Sequence record: SRR2962707_3147
DNA: 59,480 bases
Reading direction: 5' to 3' (one strand)
Shown in pieces: positions 39,642 to 51,100 of this stretch; position 1 is the first letter of the stretch, and every line of letters begins with the position of its first letter. The notes below the pieces were generated by a model. It saw nothing but the letters and a program-made list of their open reading frames with translations. It made no database searches and was not told where the DNA came from. The position numbers were made by a program, and so were the translations under genes.

Positions 39642-41866
39642 CCAAAGCTGTTGAACTTCACATCACCGCAGCCAATGATCTGGACCCGAGCGGTGCTCCT
39701 GAAGCCAACACCTGGGAAAGCACCGGGAGCGACCCGTTTTTCAGGATCCGCTATCCGGTTCTGCGGTCGCCGATCATTGTGGCTTACCTGAAAAGCGATG
39801 ATCGTGACATTGACCCGCAAGCCTATATCCAACGCGGATCCGGCTTTACCGAGGAGGATGCAACCGCCTTGCCCATCGGCCGTGGCTTCATCATCATCGC
39901 TGATGTCGGGCGAATTGGTGTCAATTGCGCGTTGCGCATCGATCCGGCCACGTTCCCCTGCACATTCAAGTTCTCGGTCGAAACCTATGCAAACCGGCAG
40001 GAAGCCGAACGCGCCGTCAGCGTCCGGCAGGCTGAAGACATGGCTGACGCCATGCGCTGCGACCTCGGCCGTCTGCCCCGGTTCAGCCCGAACATCGGGT
40101 TGCCATCGCTGCGGCGGTCGAGAAAAGACGCCGCAACGTTTGCCAAAGCCCAATACCAGTTGGCCGAAGCATTGCCCGCACCATTACCCGCGTCAGACGG
40201 TTCAATCTGGCTGAGTACAGTCGTGCCGGTCTACAACGCGCCCAGGCGATATCTCGACGACCTTCTGCGCTCTTTTGAAACCCAGGACACCCCGGGCACA
40301 CAATTGATACTGAGCGACGATGCATCGACCTCTCAGGAAACGCTAAGGTGGTATGACGATCAGGCTAAAAATGAACGGGTCCAGATCGTCCGGAACGTTA
40401 CCAATGGCGGAATAGCCAAAGCCACAAATGCCGGCCTTGCGCAGGCCAGTGGAACCTGGGTCGCATTGCTCGATCATGATGATGTCATCGCGCCGCATGC
40501 CTTCAAGGTCATCGCCAACACGCTGGCACAGCACCCCGAAGCCCGTTTCGTCTACACCGACGAGCTGGTGGTCGATGACAAACTCGCGCCGAAAGGCGTG
40601 ATGCTGAAGCCCGCTTATGATGCGGTGCTGCTGACAGGTGTAAACTACATCAACCACTTCTCGCTTTACCGGCGCGATCGGCTGGAGAGCATCGGATATC
40701 TCCGCCTCGGCTTCGACGGATCTCAAGATTATGATCTGCTGTTGCGCTACCTGGAGGGAATACCCGAAAACCAGATACTGCATCTGCCCTATCTCGCCTA
40801 TTGGTGGCGCCGAACCGCCACCACCTTTTCGCAACGGTTTATCGAAACGGCCACCGCAGCGGCACGCACCGCAATCAAGGAACGCTTTGCGCGGGACGGC
40901 ATTGCAGTGACGGTGGAGCCGGCACTGACCAGCACCCTGCATCGTGTCGAATTTACCGTCGCCAACGAGGCGGAATGGCCGAAAATTTCGATCATCATTC
41001 CCAACAGGGACAAAATCGAACTGATCTCGAGCATTCTTGCCAATCTGTTCGAGCGCACCGACTACCCCAACTTCGAAGTCATCGTGATCGACAACGGATC
41101 CACGGATTCAAAGGTGCTTGATCTTTATGCGGAGTACGAACGGACACAGCCCGGTTTCCGGGCGCTGATCAGGCAAGAAAAATTCAATTTTTCGAGATCG
41201 ATCAATCGCGGGATGCGCAACGCTTCGGGCGAGCATTTCCTATTGCTCAACAACGATGTCGAGGTGATCGAGAGCAACTGGCTCAAGGAGATGGTGTCCT
41301 GCCTGAACTTTGACAGTACAGGCATCGTCGGCGCCAAACTGCTCTACCCCGATGACACGATACAGCATGCAGGCGTGATCACCGGCCTCGGCGGCCTGGC
41401 AGGTCATTGGTATCTGAACAAACCCAGCACCTTCGGCGGCCCGATGAAACGGCTTCATCTGCGCAATTCGATGACCTGCGTGACCGGAGCGGTCATGCTG
41501 GTCTCCGGCGAATGCGCCCGCGCCATCGGACCCTGGGATGAAGAGAATTTCACCGTGGGCTACAATGATGTCGATTATTGCCTGCGCGCCTTCAAGGCAG
41601 GCTATCGCATCATCTGGACTCCTTATGCCTGCCTCTATCACCACGAGTCGCAGTCACGCGGCTCCGACAAGAGTGGTGAAAGCAAGAGCCGTTTTGACAA
41701 GGAGAAGGAAAACCTTCGCCGGCTCCATGACACCGGAGCGTTTGAAGACCCGGCACTCAACCCGGGCTATGAAAAGGGAAAGTCCGATCCAGGCCTGCGG
41801 ATACCCGGCACATTGGCTCTGGCACGTTTCGGTTTTATGCGACATCGTCTTGATAAACGCGAATAG
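39638..41866 (+). CDS. Tandem GT2 glycosyltransferase with an N-terminal accessory domain
   Basis: Two GT-A modules: VVPVYN, DDAS, LLDHDD, QDYD; and IIIPNRD, IDNGS, LLNND, NDVDYCLR. ATGA overlap with kpsM. Confidence 0.9.
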   Translation: MTKAVELHITAANDLDPSGAPEANTWESTGSDPFFRIRYPVLRSPIIVAYLKSDDRDIDPQAYIQRGSGFTEEDATALPIGRGFIIIADVGRIGVNCALRIDPATFPCTFKFSVETYANRQEAERAVSVRQAEDMADAMRCDLGRLPRFSPNIGLPSLRRSRKDAATFAKAQYQLAEALPAPLPASDGSIWLSTVVPVYNAPRRYLDDLLRSFETQDTPGTQLILSDDASTSQETLRWYDDQAKNERVQIVRNVTNGGIAKATNAGLAQASGTWVALLDHDDVIAPHAFKVIANTLAQHPEARFVYTDELVVDDKLAPKGVMLKPAYDAVLLTGVNYINHFSLYRRDRLESIGYLRLGFDGSQDYDLLLRYLEGIPENQILHLPYLAYWWRRTATTFSQRFIETATAAARTAIKERFARDGIAVTVEPALTSTLHRVEFTVANEAEWPKISIIIPNRDKIELISSILANLFERTDYPNFEVIVIDNGSTDSKVLDLYAEYERTQPGFRALIRQEKFNFSRSINRGMRNASGEHFLLLNNDVEVIESNWLKEMVSCLNFDSTGIVGAKLLYPDDTIQHAGVITGLGGLAGHWYLNKPSTFGGPMKRLHLRNSMTCVTGAVMLVSGECARAIGPWDEENFTVGYNDVDYCLRAFKAGYRIIWTPYACLYHHESQSRGSDKSGESKSRFDKEKENLRRLHDTGAFEDPALNPGYEKGKSDPGLRIPGTLALARFGFMRHRLDKRE

Positions 41867-41902
41867 GCCGGTTCTGCACACTTGTTTTGAGGGGCAACAA
41901 TC

Positions 41903-42886
41903 ATGAAGAATGTTCTTGTCACCGGGGGCGCTGGTTACATCGGGTCGCACGCCTGCAAACTTCTGGCACAGCAAGGTTATGTGCCGGTGGCCTTCGACAG
42001 CCTTGTGACCGGCTGGGCCAGTGCCGCGAAATTCGGCCCGCTAGTGCAGGGTGATCTTCTTGATCGTGACGCGCTCGATGCAGCCTTTGCCGAATACGAA
42101 CCCGTTGCGGTCATGCATTTTGCAGCATTGAGCCAGGTCGGCGAGGCCGAGCGCGAACCGGGCCGCTACTGGCGCAACAACATGCTTGGCTCGCTCACCC
42201 TGGTCGAAGCGATGATGGCAGCGGATTGCAAAAATCTGGTGTTTTCATCTACCTGCGCGACCTATGGCGACCAGGACGGCGTGGTGCTGGACGAACTGAG
42301 CGGCCAGAAGCCGCTGAATGCCTACGGCGCGTCCAAGCGGGCGGTTGAAGAGATCTTGCGGGACTTCGGCGTGAGCGATGGCCTTGAGGCCGTGGTGTTT
42401 CGCTATTTCAACGTGGCGGGTGCCGACGTCGACGCTGAAATCGGTGAATGGCACCAGCCGGAAACTCACCTGATCCCGGTGATGATTGAAGCTGCCGCAG
42501 GCGCGCGCGGTGCGCTGACGATCTATGGTACGGATTATCCGACGCCTGACGGCACCTGCGTGCGCGACTATGTGCACGTCATGGATCTGGTAGACGCACA
42601 CCTCAAAGGCCTTGAGTGGCTGCTTGAAGGCAAGGGCAGCCGGGCATTCAACCTGGGGACCGGAACCGGGTTCTCGGTCAAGGAGGTCATCGCCGAGTGC
42701 AAGGCAGCCACCGGCCATGACGTGCCGCACAGCATTGGCCCGCGGCGCGCGGGCGATGCGGCGGCACTTGTATCGGGCAGTCGCCGGGCAATCGAGGAAC
42801 TCGGTTGGACGCCGGAACGTTCGACACTGCAGCACATGATTGCCGACGCCTGGCGCTGGTACAAGACCGGCGGCTATTCCGGATAG
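41903..42886 (+). CDS. galE: UDP-glucose 4-epimerase
   Basis: TGGAGYIGSH, FSSTCATYG, YGASK, RYFNVAGA and TPDGTCVRDY. Confidence 0.95.
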   Translation: MKNVLVTGGAGYIGSHACKLLAQQGYVPVAFDSLVTGWASAAKFGPLVQGDLLDRDALDAAFAEYEPVAVMHFAALSQVGEAEREPGRYWRNNMLGSLTLVEAMMAADCKNLVFSSTCATYGDQDGVVLDELSGQKPLNAYGASKRAVEEILRDFGVSDGLEAVVFRYFNVAGADVDAEIGEWHQPETHLIPVMIEAAAGARGALTIYGTDYPTPDGTCVRDYVHVMDLVDAHLKGLEWLLEGKGSRAFNLGTGTGFSVKEVIAECKAATGHDVPHSIGPRRAGDAAALVSGSRRAIEELGWTPERSTLQHMIADAWRWYKTGGYSG

Positions 42887-42905
42887 CGCCGGGCTGGCTC
42901 AGCAA

Positions 42906-45900
42906 TCAGGCTTCAGCAGGTGCCTTGACGTCGTTCGGCTTTGCCTTGCGGCGGCGAGTGACCAGCACGAAGAACAGCGGCACGAACAGAATTCCCAGCA
43001 CAGTGCCCGAAATCGTGCCGCCGAGCACGCTGGTGCCGATGGCGTTGCGACCGCCGGACCCTGCGCCGGTGCTGATGACCAGAGGCAACACGCCGAGCGA
43101 GAAGGCCATCGAGGTCATGATGATCGGACGGAAGCGCTGCCGCGCTGCCTCACGCACCGCGTCGAGCAAGGGTTCTCCGGCCTCGTAGCGCTCACGCGCA
43201 AACTCTACAATGAGGATGGCATTCTTGCCGGTCAGACCGACGACGGTGAGAAGACCCACCTGGAAGAACACGCCGTTCTGGTAGCCACCGAACAGGGTCC
43301 ACAACAGCGCGCCGAGGATACCGACCGGCATGGCGAGCATGACCGCGAACGGGATCGACCAGCTTTCATACAGCGCTGCGAGACACAGGAAGACAGCGGC
43401 CAGCGACAAGGCGTAGAGCAATGGCGCCTGATTGCCCGATTCCCGCTCTTCAAGCGACAGTCCGGTCCATGACACGCCAAAACCGGGCATTTGCGCGGCA
43501 AGCTGTTCGATCTCCGCCATGGCTTCACCGGTGGTCACGCCAGCGGCCGGAGATCCCTGGATCTGCATGGAGTTGACCGCGTTGTAGCGATTAAGACCCT
43601 GCGGACCGAAGGTCCAGCTGCCCTGAGCGAAGTTGGCGAAGGGAACCAGCCCGCCGCTTGCATTGCGCACTTTCCATTTCGAAAGGTCGGATGGAAGGGC
43701 GCGGGAATCGGCCTCTCCCTGAATATAGACGCGCTTGATCCGGTCGCGGTCGATGAAGTCGTTCACATAGGTGCCAGCCCATGCGACCTGCAGCAGCTGG
43801 GCGACATTGGAGGCGTTGATGCCCATTGCACCGGCGGCACGCCAGTCAATGTCGAGGTGATATTGCGAAGCATCTTCAAGGCCGGAAGGACGAGCTGACG
43901 CAATAAGCGGGCTCTGCGCGGCCATTCCAAGCAACTGGTTTCTCGCTGCCAGCAATGCGTCATGGGACTGGCCATCGCGGGCTTCGAGGTAGAAGTCGAA
44001 ACCGCTCATGATGCCGAGTTCGGGAACCGAGGGCGGCACGATCGGGAAGGCCATCGCGTCCTTGATGCCCATGAAGGCAGGAAAGGCGCGACCGGCAATC
44101 GCCTGGGCGCTTTGGCCCGGCCCTGTCCGTTCCGACCAGTCCTTCAGACGCACGAAGGCGAGACCCATGTTCTGGCCCTGGCCGGAAAACGAGAAGCCGA
44201 CAACACCGAAGACTGAATCGACATTGTCCTTCTCGTTGACGAGGAAGTGGTTCTCGACCTGTTCCAGAACCTTCTGGGTGCGGCCCGCGGTGGCGCCGGT
44301 AGGTGCCTGGATCAGTGCCAGCAAGATACCCTGGTCCTCGTCAGGCAGGAAGGCGGTTGGTGTCTGGATGAAACTCCATGCCATGAGGCCAACAAGCGCC
44401 AGATAGACCACACCGACACGGAAGGGCCGCCGGACGATCCAGCCGACACTGCTGCCATAGCCGCCGCTGATCCGCTCAAACACGCTGTTGAACCAGCGGG
44501 CGGGGCCCTTCTTTTCGTGATGGGCAGACTTTGCGGTGAGAAGCGTGGCGCACAGGGCCGGGGTCAGGGTCAGCGCAACCAGCACAGAAAGCCCCATGGC
44601 CGACACGATGGTGATCGAAAACTGCTGGTAGATGACCCCTGTCGAGCCGCCGAAGAAAGCCATCGGCACATACACTGCCGACAGCACCAGAGCGATGCCG
44701 ATCAGGGCGCCGGTGATCTGGCCCATGGATTTGCGGGTGGCCTCAAGCGGGCTGAGCCCCTCCTCCTCCATGATGCGCTCGACATTTTCCACCACCACGA
44801 TGGCGTCATCGACCAGCAGGCCGATGGCAAGAACCATGGCGAGCATGGTCAGCGTGTTGATGGAGAAGCCGAAGAGCGCCAGAATGCCGAAGGTGCCCAG
44901 AAGCACGACCGGGACAGCGAGTGTCGGTATCAGCGTGGCGCGGAAATTCTGCAGAAAAACCAGCATGACGAAGAAAACCAGCACGATGGCCTCGATCAGC
45001 GTCTTGACCACTTCCTCGATGGAAATCTGGACGAAGGGGGTGGTGTCGTAAGGCACGACATAGGAGACCCCTTCGGGGAAGAAGGCCGAGGCCTCCTCGA
45101 TCTTCGACTTCACCAGTTCCGCCGTATCGAGCGCATTGGCGCCGGCTGCCAGACGGATGGCCATGCCGGTGGCGGGGTTGCCGTTGTAGCGGGCAATTGT
45201 GGAATAGTTTTCCGATCCGATTTCGACGCGGGCGACGTCGTTCAGCAGCACCAGGCCGCCATCGGTGGCAGCGCGGATGACGATGCCTTCGAAGTCCTCG
45301 GGCGTCGTCAGCAGCGATTGCGCGGTAATGGTGGCATTGAGCTGCTGTCCTTCGACCGATGGCAATGTGCCGAACGCGCCTGCGGAAATCTGGGCATTTT
45401 CTGTTGAAACAGCGCTCAGCACATCGCTTGGCGCCAGGCCGTAGGCGGCGAGCTTGACCGGGTCGAGCCAGATCCGCATGGCGTATTTTGCGCCGAACAC
45501 CTGAACTTCGCCAACGCCTTCAAGACGGCTGAATTCATCTACGAGATTGGTGTTGAGATAATCGGAAAGGTCGGTCTGATCGAGCGCGCCATCGTTGGAA
45601 ATCAGGCCAATCACCATAAGGAAACTGGCGGATGATTTCTGCACGGTCACACCCTGGCGCTGCACCGTTTCCGGCAGCAGTGACGTTGCTTGCGACAGTT
45701 TGTTCTGCACCTGAACCTGGGCAATATCGGGATCGATCCCGGTCTCGAAGGTCAGCGTGATCGATGCCGTTCCGGCCGAGGTCGAGCTCGACGAGAAATA
45801 GCGCAGGCCATCAAGACCGGTCAGCCGCTGCTCGATGACCTGCGTCACCGTGTTGGCAATGGTCTGCGCCGAAGCGCCGGGGTAGCTGGCATTGATCGAG

Positions 45901-46028
45901 ATGGTCGGCGGCGCGATCTGCGGATATTGCGCGATCGGCAACGTCAGGATGGAAAGAACGCCGGCACCCATGATGATGATCGAGATCACCCAAGCAAAGA
46001 TCGGCCTGTCGATAAAAAAGCGTGCCAT
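42906..46028 (-). CDS. acrB: HAE1 RND efflux permease (AcrB-like)
   Basis: [39 protein letters not shown] and RFRPIIMTS. Confidence 0.95.
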   Translation of the reverse strand: MARFFIDRPIFAWVISIIIMGAGVLSILTLPIAQYPQIAPPTISINASYPGASAQTIANTVTQVIEQRLTGLDGLRYFSSSSTSAGTASITLTFETGIDPDIAQVQVQNKLSQATSLLPETVQRQGVTVQKSSASFLMVIGLISNDGALDQTDLSDYLNTNLVDEFSRLEGVGEVQVFGAKYAMRIWLDPVKLAAYGLAPSDVLSAVSTENAQISAGAFGTLPSVEGQQLNATITAQSLLTTPEDFEGIVIRAATDGGLVLLNDVARVEIGSENYSTIARYNGNPATGMAIRLAAGANALDTAELVKSKIEEASAFFPEGVSYVVPYDTTPFVQISIEEVVKTLIEAIVLVFFVMLVFLQNFRATLIPTLAVPVVLLGTFGILALFGFSINTLTMLAMVLAIGLLVDDAIVVVENVERIMEEEGLSPLEATRKSMGQITGALIGIALVLSAVYVPMAFFGGSTGVIYQQFSITIVSAMGLSVLVALTLTPALCATLLTAKSAHHEKKGPARWFNSVFERISGGYGSSVGWIVRRPFRVGVVYLALVGLMAWSFIQTPTAFLPDEDQGILLALIQAPTGATAGRTQKVLEQVENHFLVNEKDNVDSVFGVVGFSFSGQGQNMGLAFVRLKDWSERTGPGQSAQAIAGRAFPAFMGIKDAMAFPIVPPSVPELGIMSGFDFYLEARDGQSHDALLAARNQLLGMAAQSPLIASARPSGLEDASQYHLDIDWRAAGAMGINASNVAQLLQVAWAGTYVNDFIDRDRIKRVYIQGEADSRALPSDLSKWKVRNASGGLVPFANFAQGSWTFGPQGLNRYNAVNSMQIQGSPAAGVTTGEAMAEIEQLAAQMPGFGVSWTGLSLEERESGNQAPLLYALSLAAVFLCLAALYESWSIPFAVMLAMPVGILGALLWTLFGGYQNGVFFQVGLLTVVGLTGKNAILIVEFARERYEAGEPLLDAVREAARQRFRPIIMTSMAFSLGVLPLVISTGAGSGGRNAIGTSVLGGTISGTVLGILFVPLFFVLVTRRRKAKPNDVKAPAEA

Positions 46029-46044
46029 GTCGGTCTCCGCGAGG

Positions 46045-47166
46045 TCAGTTCTGAGCCGGGTCTTCGGCGCGTTCTTCGGGGGCAACAGTGGCGCCGACGG
46101 CAATCTTCTGCAGGCCTTCGACGATCACCTTGTCGCCAGTCGCTACTCCGTCAGTGACGATCCAGTCGGAACCGCGATCGCTGACGACAGTCAGCGTGCG
46201 CTGCTCGACCACATTGTCAGCGGAGACAACCATGGCGGTCGGGTTGCCGCGACGGTCACGCGACACGCCTTCCTGCGGAACAAGAACCGCATTGTCGATG
46301 ACGCCCTGCGGCATCTCGACCTGCACATACATGCCCGGCAACAGCATTTCATCGGGGTTGGGGAACTGCAGGCGCAAGGTCACAACGCCGGTGAGCTCGT
46401 CCACATGCGGTTCCGCCGCGGTCAGCTCGCCGGTCTGATCATAGGCCGAGCGATCTGCGAGCGTCAGTTCCACCCTGGTGTCTGCATTTGCGCCAACAGA
46501 TTCGGGGCCTTTGCGCTTCCAGCGGATGAGGTCGGCGGCTGACTGGGCCACGTCGACATAGACGGGATCGAGCTTGCGGATCACCGCCAGCGGACTGCTC
46601 TGCCCGGAAATGACGAGCGCGCCCTGGGTGGTCAGCGAAAGGCCGATGGCGCCGGAAATCTGGGCCCGGATAGTGGTTCGATCGAGATCAATATTGGCTG
46701 CAAGCAATTGCGCGTTGGCAACCTGCAAAGCCGCATCCGCGCCATCGCGAGTGGACTGCGCCGTATCGACAGCCTGCTCGCTGGCGACGTTGCTCTTGCG
46801 CAGCTCTTCCATGCGCTTGAGCTCACGATTGGCCGAATCGAGGCTCACCTGCGCCTGATTGACGGCAGCTTCGGCGGCGACGACTTGTGCCCGGTAGGTG
46901 GCCGGGTCAATGCGATAGAGGACATCGCCCTCCTGCACTTTCGAGCCTTCCTCGAACAGCCGCTCGACGATAATGCCGTTGACCTGCGGACGCACTTCGG
47001 CGACGCCGGAAGCGACGACACGCCCGGGAAGGGTGGAGGTCACGGTGACTGTCTCGGACTTCAGCGTGACAACGGTGACCGGCGTAGGCGGGCGTTCCTG
47101 CTGCTGCGCCGAGGCGGCGGACGCCACCACCAGAGATATACAAAGCGCGTAAGGTGCTAACCTCAT
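46045..47166 (-). CDS. acrA: RND periplasmic adaptor (AcrA-like)
   Basis: [17 protein letters not shown] and LLPGMYV; GGAG RBS before ATG 47166. Confidence 0.93.
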   Translation of the reverse strand: MRLAPYALCISLVVASAASAQQQERPPTPVTVVTLKSETVTVTSTLPGRVVASGVAEVRPQVNGIIVERLFEEGSKVQEGDVLYRIDPATYRAQVVAAEAAVNQAQVSLDSANRELKRMEELRKSNVASEQAVDTAQSTRDGADAALQVANAQLLAANIDLDRTTIRAQISGAIGLSLTTQGALVISGQSSPLAVIRKLDPVYVDVAQSAADLIRWKRKGPESVGANADTRVELTLADRSAYDQTGELTAAEPHVDELTGVVTLRLQFPNPDEMLLPGMYVQVEMPQGVIDNAVLVPQEGVSRDRRGNPTAMVVSADNVVEQRTLTVVSDRGSDWIVTDGVATGDKVIVEGLQKIAVGATVAPEERAEDPAQN

Positions 47167-47221
47167 CAAATTTCTCCACCAGATCAGGAGTATCCACTTG
47201 GCGAACATTCGCTCATTGGAT

Positions 47222-47248
47222 AATATGGAAACCAATCGGTTTTATATT
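47222..47248. promoter_or_regulatory. Candidate TetR operator
   Basis: Imperfect palindrome aatat-gg-AAACC-aatc-GGTTT-t-atatt between divergent acrA and tetR. Confidence 0.55.
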
Positions 47249-47305
47249 TGTTTTCTCGCGGGACGCAAGCAGCAATGCTGCAGCCGCGAAGACGGGAGAG
47301 ACAAC

Positions 47306-47962
47306 GTGTTGCCAAAGTGCCGCAATTCGCGACGCGGTCCGGGCCGACCACGCCTACTCGATATTGCTGAACGCGAAGCGATCATCATTGATGCTGCGCA
47401 ACGGATCATTGTGGCCGAGGGACTTGCCGGAGCCTCAATGGCGGCGATCGCAAACGAGGCCGGTATGTCGAAAAGAACACTTTACGACGTGTTTGAAAGC
47501 CGTACCGCGCTGTTTGCGTCAATCATCCGGCGTTTGCACAAAACGGTCACGCGGCCACTGAAAGAAACTGAACTCGACCTGCCGCTTTGCGAACGCCTGC
47601 GCTTGTTGCTGACACCGATGGACGAGAAATTCTCTGATCCGCTTCCTCTGGCAATTCTTCGCGCCGTCATCACCGAAGCGGAGCGGCAGCCGGATCTTGT
47701 GCGGGAATTTCTGCAGGAAGGGCCGTATGCGTTCTTTGGCATGATTCGCGTGGAACTCGACCGTTCGGTTGCCCGCGGCGAAATTCGCATCAGCGACACG
47801 GAAGCTGCGGCGCGCCTGATGACGGACATGGCGCACGGGAGCGTGCTCGAACATCTGCTCGTCTCCCAATCAGCCTGCGGGCGTCAGGAAGCTTACGAAC
47901 GACGGCTCAAGCTCGCCATTCGTGTGTTTCTGGGTGGTATCGGCGAAAGCGAAAACGCGTAA
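47306..47962 (+). CDS. TetR/AcrR-family transcriptional regulator
   Basis: GRPR and HTH ASMAAIANEAGMSKRTLYDVF; divergent from acrAB; GTG start with a GGGAG RBS. Confidence 0.92.
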   Translation: MLPKCRNSRRGPGRPRLLDIAEREAIIIDAAQRIIVAEGLAGASMAAIANEAGMSKRTLYDVFESRTALFASIIRRLHKTVTRPLKETELDLPLCERLRLLLTPMDEKFSDPLPLAILRAVITEAERQPDLVREFLQEGPYAFFGMIRVELDRSVARGEIRISDTEAAARLMTDMAHGSVLEHLLVSQSACGRQEAYERRLKLAIRVFLGGIGESENA

Positions 47963-48098
47963 GCCAGCATATTGCTCGCCTTGAAACAGGTGCAGCGCCA
48001 AGTCCGAGCGCTGCCGAGGCAAGCTACCTATTCTTATCCAGAAAGCCTCGCACAAGCGCTCAGCCGCATGCTGCCCACTGATTTCTGATGTTTCTAAT

Positions 48099-48113
48099 TT
48101 AAGGTTTCATTAA
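48099..48113. promoter_or_regulatory. CtrA-type box
   Basis: TTAA-ggtttca-TTAA, about 77 bp upstream of the kinase ATG. Confidence 0.6.
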
Positions 48114-48189
48114 TCATAAAATACCAAATTGCACGACTCTAGCCCAAGTAGACATCGGTAGATCCGATACAGAAAGCGAAAACCAGAAC

Positions 48190-51100
48190 ATGACGCAAAA
48201 AGGCATTGGACTGGTTCTGGCGAGAATACTTCTGGTTGCCGCCCTATACTTCGTTTCGGGGCGGCTTGGCCTGCTTCTGGCAGTCCCTCCTGGGTATGCC
48301 ACCGTCATCTGGCCACCGTCGGGAATAGCGCTCGGCGCACTGTTTATCTATGGCTGGAGACTCTGGCCCGGAATCCTGCTCGGGTCGTTTCTGCTCAACA
48401 GCTACATCTCCGGCGCTTATACTCCCGAAACAGGTCTGGATGGCGCAAGGATACTGACTGCTCTGGCCATTGCATCGGGCTCAACCCTGCAAGGGCTGAT
48501 CGGGTTTACGTTGGTCAGGCGGGCTGTAGGTTTGCCGCTGTCGTTCGACAGTAAACGGCAGGTTTTGCTGGTGTTTGTCATCGCCGGACCGCTGGCCTGT
48601 ACCGTCGGGGCCAGCATTGGTGTCTGGTCTCTCTACACCTCGGGAATTCTGCCGGCCACGAAGCTGACCGAAAACTGGTTTACCTGGTGGACCGGTGACG
48701 TTTTCGGTGTTGTCATTTTCCTGCCGCTGCTGCTGCTGACACCGATCAACAAACACAAGCTTACCTGGCGCGGAACGGCGCTTGGCAGACTGCCCGTTAC
48801 GGCACTTCTCATCCTGCTGATTCCGCTTGGCCTGACATTCTACGCCTGGAAAATTTCCTCGGAAGCCAACAACAGCAATGGCAAGATCCTGTTTGAATCG
48901 TTGGCTACTGAAAGCAAGAAGGCACTCCTGAGCCGGATCAATTCCTATGAGAATGCTCTTCTTGGCGGCGTGGCCTATTTTCAGGGGTCCGACAAGATCA
49001 ACCGCGATGAATGGCGACGCTATGTCGGCATGCTTGAAGTTCAGAAAAATTTTCCGGGCATCAACGGCCTGGGCTGGATCACGTCACTGGCATCTTCCGG
49101 TGTCGACAGGTTCCTCAAAGCGGCGCGAGCTGATGGCGCGCCAAACTTCGAGATCCGCCCGGAGAATGTCGAGGCAGGCCAATACATCATCACCTATATC
49201 GAGCCCGAAACAACCAACCGGCAAGCGATCGGGTTGAATATTGCTTTTGAAGAAAACCGGAAGCAGGCCGCCGATCTGTCCCGTGAAACAGGAAAGCCGG
49301 CAATCACCAAGCGCATCATTCTGGTGCAGGATGCAGAGAAAACGCCAGGTTTTCTGTTGCTGCACCCGATGTACAAGGAGGGCTTCGAGCCGGGATCGGC
49401 CTCGGACGAATGGGCCACATTCGATGGGTGGATTTATGCTCCTTTCATAGCCAAAAACTTCATGAAAGAACTGACCCGGAGTCAGGGAAACACTATCAAT
49501 TTCCGGGTCTATGACGGCAGTCAGGAAGACCCGGACGCGTTGATCTACGACAGCCGCACCGTACGCGTGACGGATTTCGCACCGGCATTTACCAAGCGCG
49601 AGCAGATCGACGTCATGCAACAGAAGTGGCTGATCGTCTGGGAGAGTACGCCGGGTTTCGAACAAAGCTCGAGAAACAACAATCCTGTTCTCGTTCTTGC
49701 CGGCGGCCTGCTGATATCCTTCCTGCTGGGGCTGTTTCTGTTTGTCGCCAACATTCGCAGATCCGAAACCATCGAGAATACACTCGGCCTCAAGGCTCTG
49801 ATCCTGCCAACCACGGTATTTGTCATTCTGGCTGTTGGTTCGCTGGCGCTCTATCGCGCTCTGACAACGACCGAACGGGATTACCTAAAGGCACTGATCA
49901 ACAACGAAACCAACCGGATCAGTTCGATTGTCGCGGCAGAGGCGAGCGGAAAGATTTCCGCGCTTGAGCGAATGGCAGCCAGGCTGGAGTTCAGCAAGAA
50001 CCTGCCATCACAAGCCTGGCACACCGACACCGCGAATTTCATCCATGACTTCAGGGGGCTGAGGGTGATTGGCCAGGTGGGTCCGGGCAATTTGATGCTG
50101 GAAACGCACCAGGCGGCAGAAAATGAAAGGCTTATCTGGGTCAACGCGATACTCGACGACACCCAAGCAGACGTGGCGCAGGCAGCCATTGCCGCTGATG
50201 TCCCGAAACTGAGTTCACCAATTACATTAACGACCGGCAGCAGCGCCTTCGTTGCCTATTTCCCGCTCAGCCTGGCGGGCAAATCGGACGGATATCTCGC
50301 TGCGGTTTTCTCCGTTCAAGAGTTCTTTGGAAGCGACGTTCCATCGGAACTGCTGGATCGCTACCGCTTTGAAATCGCGTATCAAGGACAGGTCTTGGCG
50401 ACATCAGGCAACACCAGTGAGCCGCTGGAGACGGACTGGCTGCTCGAAAGCAAAATTCAAGTTCTCGACAAAGACTGGTCGATCCTGACCATTCCCACGT
50501 CCGAATTCCTGAAGTCCGAGCGCACCCAGCTGCCAAATGTCGCCTTGATAGCCGGCTTCCTGATATCCGTTCTCGCAGCCATTACTGCCTTCATGACACT
50601 GCTTTCGCGGTTGAAAACGGCTCACCTTGAAGCGTCCAATGTCCGCATTCGGGAAGTGGCAACCCGGAATTCAACAATCATGAATACCGTTCTGGACTGC
50701 GTTATCACCATCAGTTCGCATGGCCGGATCGAAACGATCAACCCTGCCGGCCTGCGGCTCTTTGGTTACGCGAAGGGAGAGGTCGTCGGCAGGAACGTGA
50801 AAATGCTGATGCCGTCGCCCTATCATGAAAACCATGATGACTACCTGAACAATTACCTTGAGACGGGCGACCGAAAGGTGATCGGCATCGGGCGGCAGGT
50901 CGTGGCGATGCGCAAGAACGGTGCGACCTTCCCGATTGATCTGACTGTCAATGAAATGAACCTTGACGGCAAACGCATGTTTGTCGGCACTATACGGGAT
51001 ACCAGCGAAGCTGTCGCCGCAGCTCAGGCATTGCGGGAATCCAACGCGCTGCAATCAGCAGTGCTTGCCAGTACTGCCTTCATGATTATCGCATCTGATA

